A stretch of DNA of 64,000 nt from Thermoanaerobaculia bacterium (GTDB lineage Bacteria > Acidobacteriota > Thermoanaerobaculia > Multivoradales > Multivoraceae), in the NCBI GenBank assembly GCA_963664405.1, contig OY761158.1, forward strand, positions 1,408,001 to 1,472,000, in the 5' to 3' direction. The notes under the pieces are model-generated. The model was not told where the DNA came from and did no database searches. It saw only the letters and a program-made list of their open reading frames with translations. The position numbers were made by a program, and so were the translations under genes. Positions 28,951 to 38,657 of this stretch are shown here, in pieces (positions within the stretch are counted from its first letter, which is position 1; each line of letters opens with the position of its first letter).

Positions 28951-29823
28951 ATCTCCGAGGCACCCTCCAGCCCCTACCTCGTCGCACCGGGAGGTGAATT
29001 CCGGGTCGCCTCGGCTGCTACTGCGCCGCCCCCCGAAGTCGCGGAGAAAAAGCAGCTGCGCAAAGCCCTGCGCAAGAGCATCGAAGAGCTCGACGAGCTG
29101 CAACAGGTTCTCTACGCCGACGACCGCCACGCGGTCTTGGTGATCTTCCAAGCGATGGACGCGGCAGGCAAGGACGGAACCATCCGTGCCGTCATGAGCG
29201 GGGTCAATCCGGCGGGTTGTCAGGTCTCCTCCTTCAAGGCTCCGTCGTCTTCAGAGCTCGACCATGATTTCTTGTGGCGCAGCAGCCAGCGGCTCAGCGA
29301 GCGCGGACGCATCGGCATCTTCAACCGCAGCTATTACGAGGAGGTATTGGTGGTGCGGGTGCACCCTGGAATCCTCTCTTCTCAACGCCTTCCTTACCCA
29401 GTCGACGAAGCCAGCATCTGGGAAGACAGGCTCGCATCGATCCGCGACCACGAGCTCCACCTGGCCAGAAACGGCACTGTGATCCTGAAATTCTGGCTCA
29501 ATGTCTCGAAGGACGAGCAGCGTCAACGCTTTCTCGCCCGCCTCGACGAGCCCGACAAGAATTGGAAGTTCTCCGAAGGGGATATCAAGGAGCGAGGTTT
29601 CTGGGATCAATATATGGGAGCCTACGAGCACGCTCTCAACGCCACCTCGACGAGTTGGGCCCCCTGGTACGCGATCCCCGCCGACAACAAGGACTTCATG
29701 AGGTGCCAAGTGGCCGACATCTTGGTGCATACTCTGAGCAGCCTGGACCTACGCTACCCGCAGGTGTCTGAAGAGAGCCGCCTCAGGTTTGACGAAATGC
29801 GAGCGTTGCTCGAAAACGAATGA
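28951..29823 (+). CDS. ppk2: Polyphosphate kinase 2 family protein
   Basis: QAMDAAGKDG, FNRSYYEEVL and APWYAIPADNK; frame open from 28924; likely start is an ATC after GGAG. Confidence 0.85.
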   Translation: MSEAPSSPYLVAPGGEFRVASAATAPPPEVAEKKQLRKALRKSIEELDELQQVLYADDRHAVLVIFQAMDAAGKDGTIRAVMSGVNPAGCQVSSFKAPSSSELDHDFLWRSSQRLSERGRIGIFNRSYYEEVLVVRVHPGILSSQRLPYPVDEASIWEDRLASIRDHELHLARNGTVILKFWLNVSKDEQRQRFLARLDEPDKNWKFSEGDIKERGFWDQYMGAYEHALNATSTSWAPWYAIPADNKDFMRCQVADILVHTLSSLDLRYPQVSEESRLRFDEMRALLENE

Positions 29824-29833
29824 AGGAGTGGTA

Positions 29834-30679
29834 ATGCCGAAGCTCGATGGAAGAGTAGCGCTGGTGACCGGAGCCAGCCGTGGCATCGGTCGAAAGATAG
29901 CGAGGCTGTTCGCTGCCGAAGGCGCAAAGGTCGTGTGCACGGCTCGCACCGTGAGCGAAGGAACCCATCCGCTGGAAGGATCTCTAGAGACCACTGTAGG
30001 AGAGATCGAGGCGGCAGGCGGAGAGGCGGTCGCTGTCGCCTGCGACGTATCCGAGTACGGCAACTGCCAAAAGGCGGTCAGCGAGGCTCGGTCGAGCTAC
30101 GGCCCGATCGACGTGCTGGTCAACAATGCCGCCCTTACCTACTTCATCCCGATCCAGGACTTCCCGGTCAATAAGTGGCTGCGCTCGACAGCGGTCAACT
30201 TTCATGCCCCGTTCTATCTATCGCAACTGGTGCTGGAGGACATGCTGCCCCGCGGTAGCGGCGCAATCGTCAACATCTCGAGCGGCGCCGCCATCGGTCC
30301 TGGAAGAGGGCCTTACTCCGAGCCTCCGCCCCGCGGCGGCACCCTCTACGGTGCGGAGAAAGCTGCACTGGAGCGTTTCACCCAGGGCCTGGCCTCCGAG
30401 GTATTCGAGCATGGCATTTCGGTCACCTGCGTCAGTCCCTCCCAGGTTGTAGCGACACCGGGTGTCTTGCACCACAAGCTGGTCAAGAGCGTTGACGACC
30501 CCCGCGCGGAGCCCGAGGAGCTGATGGCAAAGGCTGCGCTACTGCTCGCGACCGAGCCGGTGGAGAGGGTTTCCGGCCGAGTCACCTACAGCCAGGAGAT
30601 CCTGGTAGAGATGGGCTGGATCGACGAGGGGCACGGCATCGGCTTCGACAGAGAAGGCTCCGGTTACTCCAAGAGCTGA
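29834..30679 (+). CDS. SDR family oxidoreductase
   Basis: TGASRGIG, NNAA and YGAEK catalytic motif. Confidence 0.9.
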   Translation: MPKLDGRVALVTGASRGIGRKIARLFAAEGAKVVCTARTVSEGTHPLEGSLETTVGEIEAAGGEAVAVACDVSEYGNCQKAVSEARSSYGPIDVLVNNAALTYFIPIQDFPVNKWLRSTAVNFHAPFYLSQLVLEDMLPRGSGAIVNISSGAAIGPGRGPYSEPPPRGGTLYGAEKAALERFTQGLASEVFEHGISVTCVSPSQVVATPGVLHHKLVKSVDDPRAEPEELMAKAALLLATEPVERVSGRVTYSQEILVEMGWIDEGHGIGFDREGSGYSKS

Positions 30680-30681
30680 GA

Positions 30682-32658
30682 TTAGCGGAGCTCTTTGCGA
30701 TCGCGGAACTCCTCCAGCGCCTCCGGATTGGCCAGGGCACCCAGATTCTTTACCGGGCTGCCGTTGACGACATCACGCACGGCGATCTCTGAGATCTTGC
30801 CGCTGCGGGTGCGGGGGATGTCGCTGACCGCGAGTATTCTCGCCGGAACATGCCGAGGAGAGGTACGCTCGCGGATCCTTTTCGCGATGTGCCCTGCCAG
30901 CTCTTCGTCCAGATCGAGACCCTCTCTGAGTTTGACGAAGAGAACCACTCTCACATCGCTCTCCCAAGACTGGCCCACCGCGATCGACTCGACGACCTCA
31001 TCGAGCGCCTCCACCTGACGATAGATCTCGGCAGTCCCGATCCGGACCCCGCCAGGGTTCAGCACCGCGTCGGAGCGTCCATAGATGACGAAGCTCCCTC
31101 GCTCGGTCTGGATGGTCCAGTCGCCATGGCACCACACTCCGGGGAAGCGCTCGAAGTAGGCGGCGGAGTATCGGGCGCCGTCGGCATCGTCCCAGAAACC
31201 GAGGGGCATCGACGGGAACGAGCGCGTGCACACCAGCTCCCCGGTCTCCCCTTCTACCGCCCTACCCTCATCGTCGAAGACCGCAACCGCCATTCCCAGA
31301 CCCGGGCTCTGAATCTCACCGCGGTAGACCGGGGCGGTCGGGTCGCCTAGCACGAAGCAAGAGATGATGTCGGTGCCGCCGGAGATCGAAGCGAGGTGAA
31401 GATCCGTCTTGATGTTGGAGTAGACATAGTCGTAGGCCTCGGGTGCCAGGGGTGAGCCGGTCGAGAGCATCGTCCGCAAAGGACCGAGATCGTGACTGGT
31501 GATGGGGGCGACTCCGGCTTTGGCACAAGCGTCGAGAAACTTCGCGGAGATGCCGAAAACCGAGACCTCCTCGCTCTCTGCCACGTCGAAGAGAGAGGTC
31601 GGCCCTGGATGGAAGGGTGAGCCGTCGTAGAGCACCAGAGTCGCACCAGAAGCAAGACCCGAGACCAGCCAGTTCCACATCATCCAACCGCAGGTGGTGA
31701 AATAGAAGAACCGGTCCCCTTGACGAAGATCGACATGGAGTCGATGCTCCTTCAGATGCTGGAGCAGTGTTCCTCCGGCGGAATGCACGATGCATTTGGG
31801 CTTACCGGTCGTTCCCGACGAAAAGAGGATGTACAGAGGGGCGTCGAAGGGAAGCTGAAGGAAGGAGGGCTCAGACTCGCGCCCTTCGAGCTCGTCCCCG
31901 AGGAGGGTCACCCGCGGATCGTCCTGAAGCTCAGGGACCCCGGCGCCGTAGGGGGCGACCAGGGCCTTCTCGACCGAAGGCAGCCCATCGAGCAGATCCG
32001 GGAGTTTGTCGAGGGTGGCGTGCCATCGGCCGTTGTAAAAGTAGCCGTCGGTACAGAAGAGAACCTTGGGCTCGATCTGCGGGAAGCGATCGAGAACCGC
32101 GGCGACGCCGAAATCAGGAGAGGTCGTCGAGTACACGGCGCCTATCGAAGCCGTCGCCAACATCGCGACCACCGCCTCCGGAACGTTGGGCAAGAGCGCG
32201 GCGACCCGATCGCCCTGTCGGACCCCCAACTCCGCCAATAGCGAGCTGAGAGCCGCCACCTCGCCACGAAGCTCGGCCCAAGACATCTCTCGTCGTGCGC
32301 CGCTCTCACTACGAAAGATCAAGGCCGGACCAGCGAGATCCGGAGCCAGCAGATTCTCGGCAAAATTCAGCCGTGCCTCGGGGAACCAACGGGACCCGGG
32401 CATCCGGTCGCCATCGACCAGAACGCTACTACCCCTCCCCGCCGCCCTGACTCCGCAGAAACGCCAGACTTGAAGCCAGAACTGTTCTCGGTTTTCGATC
32501 GACCAACGGTGAAGATCGCCGTACCCGTCGAACGAACGACCAAGATTGGCCTCGGCTTTGGCGGTGAAGGCCGTCAACTGGGCCGCTGCAACGCGCTCCG
32601 GCTGAGGGCGCCAAACCGGGGAGTGACTAGACCAGCGTTTCCAAAGTTCGTGCTGCAT
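30682..32658 (-). CDS. Acetoacetate--CoA ligase
   Basis: RLNFAENLL, FSSGTTGKPKCIVH, GWMMWNWL, SGGTD and RTRSGKI; the ATG lies inside repeat A copy 2. Confidence 0.9.
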   Translation of the reverse strand: MQHELWKRWSSHSPVWRPQPERVAAAQLTAFTAKAEANLGRSFDGYGDLHRWSIENREQFWLQVWRFCGVRAAGRGSSVLVDGDRMPGSRWFPEARLNFAENLLAPDLAGPALIFRSESGARREMSWAELRGEVAALSSLLAELGVRQGDRVAALLPNVPEAVVAMLATASIGAVYSTTSPDFGVAAVLDRFPQIEPKVLFCTDGYFYNGRWHATLDKLPDLLDGLPSVEKALVAPYGAGVPELQDDPRVTLLGDELEGRESEPSFLQLPFDAPLYILFSSGTTGKPKCIVHSAGGTLLQHLKEHRLHVDLRQGDRFFYFTTCGWMMWNWLVSGLASGATLVLYDGSPFHPGPTSLFDVAESEEVSVFGISAKFLDACAKAGVAPITSHDLGPLRTMLSTGSPLAPEAYDYVYSNIKTDLHLASISGGTDIISCFVLGDPTAPVYRGEIQSPGLGMAVAVFDDEGRAVEGETGELVCTRSFPSMPLGFWDDADGARYSAAYFERFPGVWCHGDWTIQTERGSFVIYGRSDAVLNPGGVRIGTAEIYRQVEALDEVVESIAVGQSWESDVRVVLFVKLREGLDLDEELAGHIAKRIRERTSPRHVPARILAVSDIPRTRSGKISEIAVRDVVNGSPVKNLGALANPEALEEFRDRKELR

Positions 32659-32792
32659 AGCTCGAGGTCATTCTGTTCGCTGGCTAGGCGCGCTGACGCA
32701 GGCATATTGGGCAATATGTCGAGGAGGCGAAACGACGCCAGCGGGCAGAAGGGCCCGAGATATGTGTGCGAACTTTGGAAACGCTGGTCTAG
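32627..32792 (-). repeat. Palindromic repeat family A, copy 2 (inverted relative to copy 1)
   Basis: Same 24-bp terminal IR and internal sequence; 162 bp between the CTAGs. Confidence 0.9.
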
Positions 32793-32818
32793 TGCTAGGC
32801 AAACGAGACGCGTCCGGT

Positions 32819-33547
32819 TCAGCCGCCGGAAGCGAAGCCTGGCAGCAGAAACTTGACCCGCACCTGCGCCATCGCCTCGCTCGCATGGACTTGGGTCACG
32901 GCGTCGTTGAGCTCCTGCCAGGATAGGTCGACAGCGATAGAGGTGCCGCAGCGATCCCGGCAAGCCTTCCAGCGCAACGTGCTCTTGCCATGGAAGCCCT
33001 CTCCTCGCAGCTTCCCGAGGCGCTCGTTGGTGCCGTAGTCGAGCCTCATGGTCAAACGCAGGTCATCGCCCGCCGGCTGCCAGCTGGGCTGGACAAAGAT
33101 CTTCCGGGCCTCCTCGACCCGCGCAAGATCGTCGCGGCTTTCGATCGCGGATCCGCCAATGATCCTGAAGCTCGCGATCGGTCGGAAACTGAGCTTCGCC
33201 GCAAGCGAAGTGGCCAGGAGCCTGCCCTCTGTCGGCTCCTGCCGCTTTTCCAAGCGCCGGTCCTCGAGAGAGTCCCAGGCGAGTGCGTGTTCTTGCGTAT
33301 TGCTCCCCTCCCGTTCCGAGTCGAGACGGAGAAACAGATCCCCGGTGAGCCCGCCCAACCAACCATCACCACCCAGGATGCACAAACCCTCGAACGCGCT
33401 CGACTCTCCCTCTTCGGTGAACAGAGCTCCAAACTCTCGAGCCTCTTGCGCCGTGGGATCGCCGAATGGATCGGCCGCGGCCGAGGTGCCGACCGACGTC
33501 AGCGCCAGGATGAGGAGAGCACTGTTCCTAAGGCGCGAGAAAGTCAT
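32819..33547 (-). CDS. Secreted/outer-membrane hypothetical protein
   Basis: Signal peptide (LLILALTSVGTSAAA) and amphipathic beta-strand-like segments; start uncertain. Confidence 0.45.
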   Translation of the reverse strand: MTFSRLRNSALLILALTSVGTSAAADPFGDPTAQEAREFGALFTEEGESSAFEGLCILGGDGWLGGLTGDLFLRLDSEREGSNTQEHALAWDSLEDRRLEKRQEPTEGRLLATSLAAKLSFRPIASFRIIGGSAIESRDDLARVEEARKIFVQPSWQPAGDDLRLTMRLDYGTNERLGKLRGEGFHGKSTLRWKACRDRCGTSIAVDLSWQELNDAVTQVHASEAMAQVRVKFLLPGFASGG

Positions 33548-33647
33548 ATCGCGATGGTAGTTTACACCCTGGTCCAAGCTCCGGTCAGAGTCAGAGGGGT
33601 AGCGGGTCAAGGTGCGTGAAGCTTCTTGGAGCGCCGCGGCGCAGAAG

Positions 33648-35909
33648 CTACTGTTGGGTCATCTCTCGACGCACGCGGGCGCGGTCGAGCTCGTAGATCT
33701 CAAGCCCATCCAACTCCTCGGTAACCTCGAAGTGGAGCTTCGTGAAGCCGCCCTGAAATGGGAACGGGCCGACATAGTCGTCGGTGACGGCAGAGCCTGC
33801 GTCCTTGCCGACATCCATACCGGACATTCCGATAAACCGCAGGACCCACGGCACTCGACCCTCAATGTGGTCACCGCCGCGAGATCCAACGGTGACGGCT
33901 GCGCCCTCGTCGTCGCGCACGAAGTCCACTTCGACCACGCACTCGCCGGCGGGCAGAGCGGCTCGAAGAACATGGTGGTCACCGAAGAGGTTGTAGTCGA
34001 ACACGATCTCCGCGTCCTTCACATACCAGCTCAGACCCGTGTTGGCGGTACCCCAAGCGACCAACACTCCCTCTTCGTCACCTGTCGAACGATCGATCTG
34101 AGCCTCCATCCGCCAGCTCCGACCCGCAATCGCAGGCGCGGCCTCGTTGGGTAGCCGAGACATCGGAGGCAGGTAGCGATAGAGCTTTTCCGCGTGGGGA
34201 GTACCAGCCCTGCGCTCGCGGAAGGCCATGCCACTGAAGTCGTCATCCAGGGGCAGGACTCCGTGCTTCTCAGCCTCTGACCACCACAGCTGAACGAGCT
34301 CTTCTAGCTTCTCCGGATGTTCCCCGCCGAGGTTGCGCGCCTCGGAAAAGTCCTCGTCGACGTGATAAAGCTCCCACACGTCGTTCTCGAAGGGCTTATA
34401 AGCGCGGTGGTAGGTCACGGCCTTCCAGCCATCCGACCAGATCCCGCGATGGCCGAACATCTCGAAATACTGGACCTCCTTACGACTTCGCACCTGCGCG
34501 TCGCCGAAGGTATAGCCAAGTGAGATCCCGGCTATCGGCAGTTGGTCGCGCCCCTTGAAAACCGATGGCTGCTCGACGCCGGCCTGCTCGAGGATCGTCG
34601 GTGTCAAATCGGTGACATGGTGAAACTGATTCCTGATCGTCCCCCTGTCGCTGATGCGATCCGGCCAGTGAATGATAAGTGGGTCCCTGACGCCGCCACC
34701 GAAGGTGTTCTGTTTGTACCACTTGAGCGGTGTGTTGCCGACCTGGGCCCAGCCCCAGGGATAGTTCGAATGGGAGCTCCGCGTGCCGATCTCGTCAAGC
34801 CTGTCCTGAGCGGCATCGACATCTTCGCGTACCCCGTTGAAGAAGCGCATCTCGTCTACGACACCCGTCGCGAATCCTTCCTGGCTCGCCCCGTTGTCCG
34901 AGGTGACGATGAAGATCGTGTTGTCAAGCTCGCCAATCGACTCGAGAAAGTCAATAAGGCGCCCGATCTGAGCGTCGGTGTGGTCGAGAAACGCAGCGAA
35001 GGCCTCATTGAGTCGCGCCGCGAGCTTCTGCTCACCCTCGCTCAGCTCGTCCCAGGGCTTGACCCCACGGTTCCTCGGCGCCAGCTCGGTTCCTTCCGGA
35101 ATGATCCCGAGCTCGAGCTGCCGCTCAAAGTAGCGCTGGCGAATGACGTCCCAACCCTCGTCGTAACGGCCCCTGTACTTGTCTAGGTACTCCTGAGGCG
35201 CCTGATGGGGAGAGTGGGTGGCGCCCCAGGCGATATAGGAGAAGAAGGGGACATCGGGTCGGACCGACTTCGACTCGCGAATGAAGTCGATGGCTCGATC
35301 GGTCAGATCTTCCGACAGATGGTAGCCATCGTCAGTCTCTGAGCGGGGCTGGAGATGGTGGTTGTCGAAGGTGAGCTCGGGGTGGAACTGGTCGGTCTCA
35401 CCTTGGAGAAAGCCGTAGTAGCGATCGAAGCCTCGCTGGAGTGGCCAGTCGTCGAAGGGGCCGGCCACCGAAGTGTCGGCCATCGGGCACAGATGCCACT
35501 TTCCGATGCAATGGGTTGCGTAGCCGGCATCGTTCAGAAGCTCTGCGACAGTCGCGGCGTCATGACTGATGCGCCCGCGCATATTGGGATAACCGGTATC
35601 GAAGTTGGAGATACACCTCATCCCCACGGTGTGGTGATTGCGGCCGCTCAGCAACGAGGCTCTCGTCGGCGAGCACAGGGCCGTGGTGTGGAAGTTGTTG
35701 TAGCGAAGGCCGTTGCGAGCCAGTCTGTCGATATTCGGTGTTTCGATGTCGGAGCCATAGCAGCCGAAGTGGGCAAAACCGGTGTCGTCGAAGAGCATCA
35801 AAACGACGTTCGGTTTGCCCTCCAACTCAGGTGGCTCAGGCCACCAAGGTGTCGATTCATCCGCCGTGCTGGCAATAACGCCACCGAAATCTTCACGTTC
35901 TCCCATATG
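33648..35909 (-). CDS. Arylsulfatase
   Basis: PNVVLMLFDDTG, CSPTRASLLSG (formylglycine motif), GKWHL and SDNG. Confidence 0.92.
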   Translation of the reverse strand, partial: HMGEREDFGGVIASTADESTPWWPEPPELEGKPNVVLMLFDDTGFAHFGCYGSDIETPNIDRLARNGLRYNNFHTTALCSPTRASLLSGRNHHTVGMRCISNFDTGYPNMRGRISHDAATVAELLNDAGYATHCIGKWHLCPMADTSVAGPFDDWPLQRGFDRYYGFLQGETDQFHPELTFDNHHLQPRSETDDGYHLSEDLTDRAIDFIRESKSVRPDVPFFSYIAWGATHSPHQAPQEYLDKYRGRYDEGWDVIRQRYFERQLELGIIPEGTELAPRNRGVKPWDELSEGEQKLAARLNEAFAAFLDHTDAQIGRLIDFLESIGELDNTIFIVTSDNGASQEGFATGVVDEMRFFNGVREDVDAAQDRLDEIGTRSSHSNYPWGWAQVGNTPLKWYKQNTFGGGVRDPLIIHWPDRISDRGTIRNQFHHVTDLTPTILEQAGVEQPSVFKGRDQLPIAGISLGYTFGDAQVRSRKEVQYFEMFGHRGIWSDGWKAVTYHRAYKPFENDVWELYHVDEDFSEARNLGGEHPEKLEELVQLWWSEAEKHGVLPLDDDFSGMAFRERRAGTPHAEKLYRYLPPMSRLPNEAAPAIAGRSWRMEAQIDRSTGDEEGVLVAWGTANTGLSWYVKDAEIVFDYNLFGDHHVLRAALPAGECVVEVDFVRDDEGAAVTVGSRGGDHIEGRVPWVLRFIGMSGMDVGKDAGSAVTDDYVGPFPFQGGFTKLHFEVTEELDGLEIYELDRARVRREMTQQ

Positions 35910-35966
35910 CCTGACGTTAGCCCCCATAGATCTCTCGAGCAAGGCCGCGCCCTGCCGGGCCGAATG

Positions 35967-38643
35967 TCAATCGATGGGGACCAGCTGCGCCAGGCGGTCG
36001 AACCAGTTCAGATACACCTGAAACCAGGTGGTTTCGGCCCCTGCCTCGGCGCGCACCATGAGGAAGCGATCGTCGGCCGATATGTCGTAGTTCGGGTTTC
36101 CCCAGGGGTCGCTGGCATAAGCCGCCTCGAACAGGACCCGCGCGGGCTCCGCCCGGAAGCGGCCATCCTCGGACGACACGCCCACCGCCATCATCTGGTC
36201 GCCGTTTCGAAAGAAGAGCTCGCCTCCGTCGCGACGCCATGACGGCTCGCGGCCGCCCTCGGTCGAGATCAGGAGCTTGCCTCCGGGGCCGGGATAGGCC
36301 TGCACATAGACCTCGTCACGGCCCGACTCGTCAGAGACGTAGGCGAGCCAGTTGCCGTCGGGAGAGAACATGGGCGACCGCGCTGAAACGCGTAGTCAAG
36401 AAGGGAGAAGCTTCGCCGTCGATGCTACCGACCCAGATATCGCGCCCGGTCTCGCTGCTGATGGCGTAGTAGGCAATTCGCTCCCCGTCCGGCGACCACG
36501 AAAAAGGGTGATTCTCGATCAAGCTCTCGAGGAGTTGTTCGGTTGCACCGCTGCCGTCGCTACTCTTCCAGTGAATATTCACAGTCGGGCTGAGGTTCGA
36601 AGAGAACGCGAGTCGCTCCCCATCCGGAGTCCAGATTGCGCGGCGGTTCGATGTACCTTGGGTAGTGACTCGGGTGTTCGCGCCACGCTCGAGGTCGATC
36701 ACCCAGATGTCGTCGCCCGCCTCCGAGGCGAGCGTCACAGCAACGCCGCTGCCGTCGGGAGCGATTCGAGGGAACGCGCCTCGGCTCTGCCCCATGTCCG
36801 GGCCGAGTGAGGATTCCACGCCGTCGGGGCTCACCCAGACCAGCGTGCCTTCCGGCGTCGCATCCATGGCACTGTGGGGAACGTAGACCAGAGTACCGTT
36901 GTCTGCGACTGCAATCTGAGCCGGCCCGCCTGTCGTCACGCGCTCGTCGGTGAGCACTGGGACCGGCGGCACCGTGATCTCGGCGAGCGCGGTGTCGAAG
37001 GGGGTCGCCCAGAGCGAATCCTCGCGCGCAAAGATGAGATGGCCGGTGGCAAGATAGTTCGGCGCGGCGCCGTCACCGAGGATGCGAACCTCGCCACCGG
37101 CGAGAGGAACGAGGGCTATGCGACTCGTTCGCGAGCCCTCCCAGATGCTGAAGAGTACGGTGGTGCCATCGGGAAGGATCTGAGGCGAGTTGTGGGCCAC
37201 CTGGCCCGCCGCCTCGTCGAGAGCGGTGACCGCAAGGAGCTCGCCGCCGGCGTCGGGAACTCGAAGCAGTCCCCTGCTACCGCCAATAACGATCGTTCCG
37301 TCCTGGCCCCAGGCTCCGGTACTGCCGGTACCCTGCACACTCGCGAGAGTGACGGGCTGCCCTCCCGCGAGCTCCACTTTCTTTAGCAATCCGTCGGCGA
37401 AGAAAGCCACCCAGGCCCCGTCCGGCGAAAAGAAGGGGCTCATTGCACCCTCGGTGCCGCGCAGAGCCACCGCCTCCAGTTGATCGATCGGTCGCCGGGC
37501 AAGCTCGGTGACCTCACCCGCGAAGCGTACATACACGAGATCGCTACCGTCCGGCGAAAGCGCGAACACCCGGCTACCGTCGAGAACGGAACGGGCCGTA
37601 AGCACTTGGCGGCCCTGCGGATAAGGGATCGCCAGTCTCGCTGGGCGCGCAGCCTCTCCACCTCGCGGTTGCTGCGTAAAGCTCCACACCGCCAAGCCGG
37701 CGAGTACGGCGCCAACGATCGCCGCGGCGGCGGCTGGTTTCCAGGCCTTCCGTCCTCCGCCCTCGCGCTGGCGAGCCGCCGCCACGACTTCGGTGGCTCT
37801 GGTCCACTCGAGCTCCATCCTCAAATCTGCAGCGCTCTGCCAGCGTTCCCTGGGATCTTTCGCCAGGCAGGCACTGACCAGATGAGAGAGCGCCGGATCC
37901 AGACCGGGTTCGAGATCGGAAAGGAGCGGGGGGTGGCGCTCGAGGATGGCGGCGATCGCGCTGGCCTGGTTCTCCGCCGAGAACGCCTTCTGCCCGGAGA
38001 TCATCTCGTGAAGCATGGCGCCGAAAGAGAAAATGTCGCTGACCGCCTCGGCGTCGCCACTCTGGAGCTGCTCCGGCGCCATGTACTGCAGAGTGCCAAG
38101 GATCAATCCCTGGCTGGTGAGAGGCTGGACAACGGTCGGAGCCGAGGAGTCCGTCGAGGGCGCCACGTCGAGACCGGTGCTCTTTGCCAGCCCGAAGTCG
38201 AGGAGCTTGGCGCCCTTCCGCGTGAGCATGATGTTGCCAGGCTTCAAATCACGATGCACGACCCCACGGCCATGCGCCTGGTCGAGCGCATCGGCCACCT
38301 CGATGGCGATCCGCAGTGCCTCGGCGCGCGGGAGCCGTCCGCGCTCGAGCCGCTCGGCCAGGGATTCGCCTTCGAGCAACTCCATGACCAGAAAGAGGAC
38401 ACCCCCCTCGTGGCCGATGTCGTAGAGCGTGCAGATGTGTGGATGGGAAAGACTCGAGATCGCCTTCGCCTCGCGCTCGAGGCGCTGGCGCATCTCGTCG
38501 TCCTGGGAAAGCTCGCGCGGCAGCACCTTCACTGCGACGTCGCGGTCGAGACGAGTGTCGCGAGCACGATAGACCTCTCCCATTCCGCCAGCTCCCAGGG
38601 CGGAGAGAATCTGGTAAGGCCCGAGTCGAGTACCGCTTTCCAT
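35967..38643 (-). CDS. Ser/Thr protein kinase with C-terminal TolB/PD40-like beta-propeller repeats; frameshift near 36378
   Basis: LGAGGMGEVY, HRDLKPGN, DFGLAK and repeated SPDG motifs, which continue in the 35967-36371 ORF. Confidence 0.85.
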
Positions 38644-38657
38644 TGAGTCGCGGGCTC

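Noticed and set aside
32685-32740. Hammerhead-like CTGA...GAAAC strings in the repeat core
   Set aside because: The core reads CTGACGCA rather than CUGANGA and GAAA does not follow stem II directly; family B lacks GAAA, so it was not called a ribozyme
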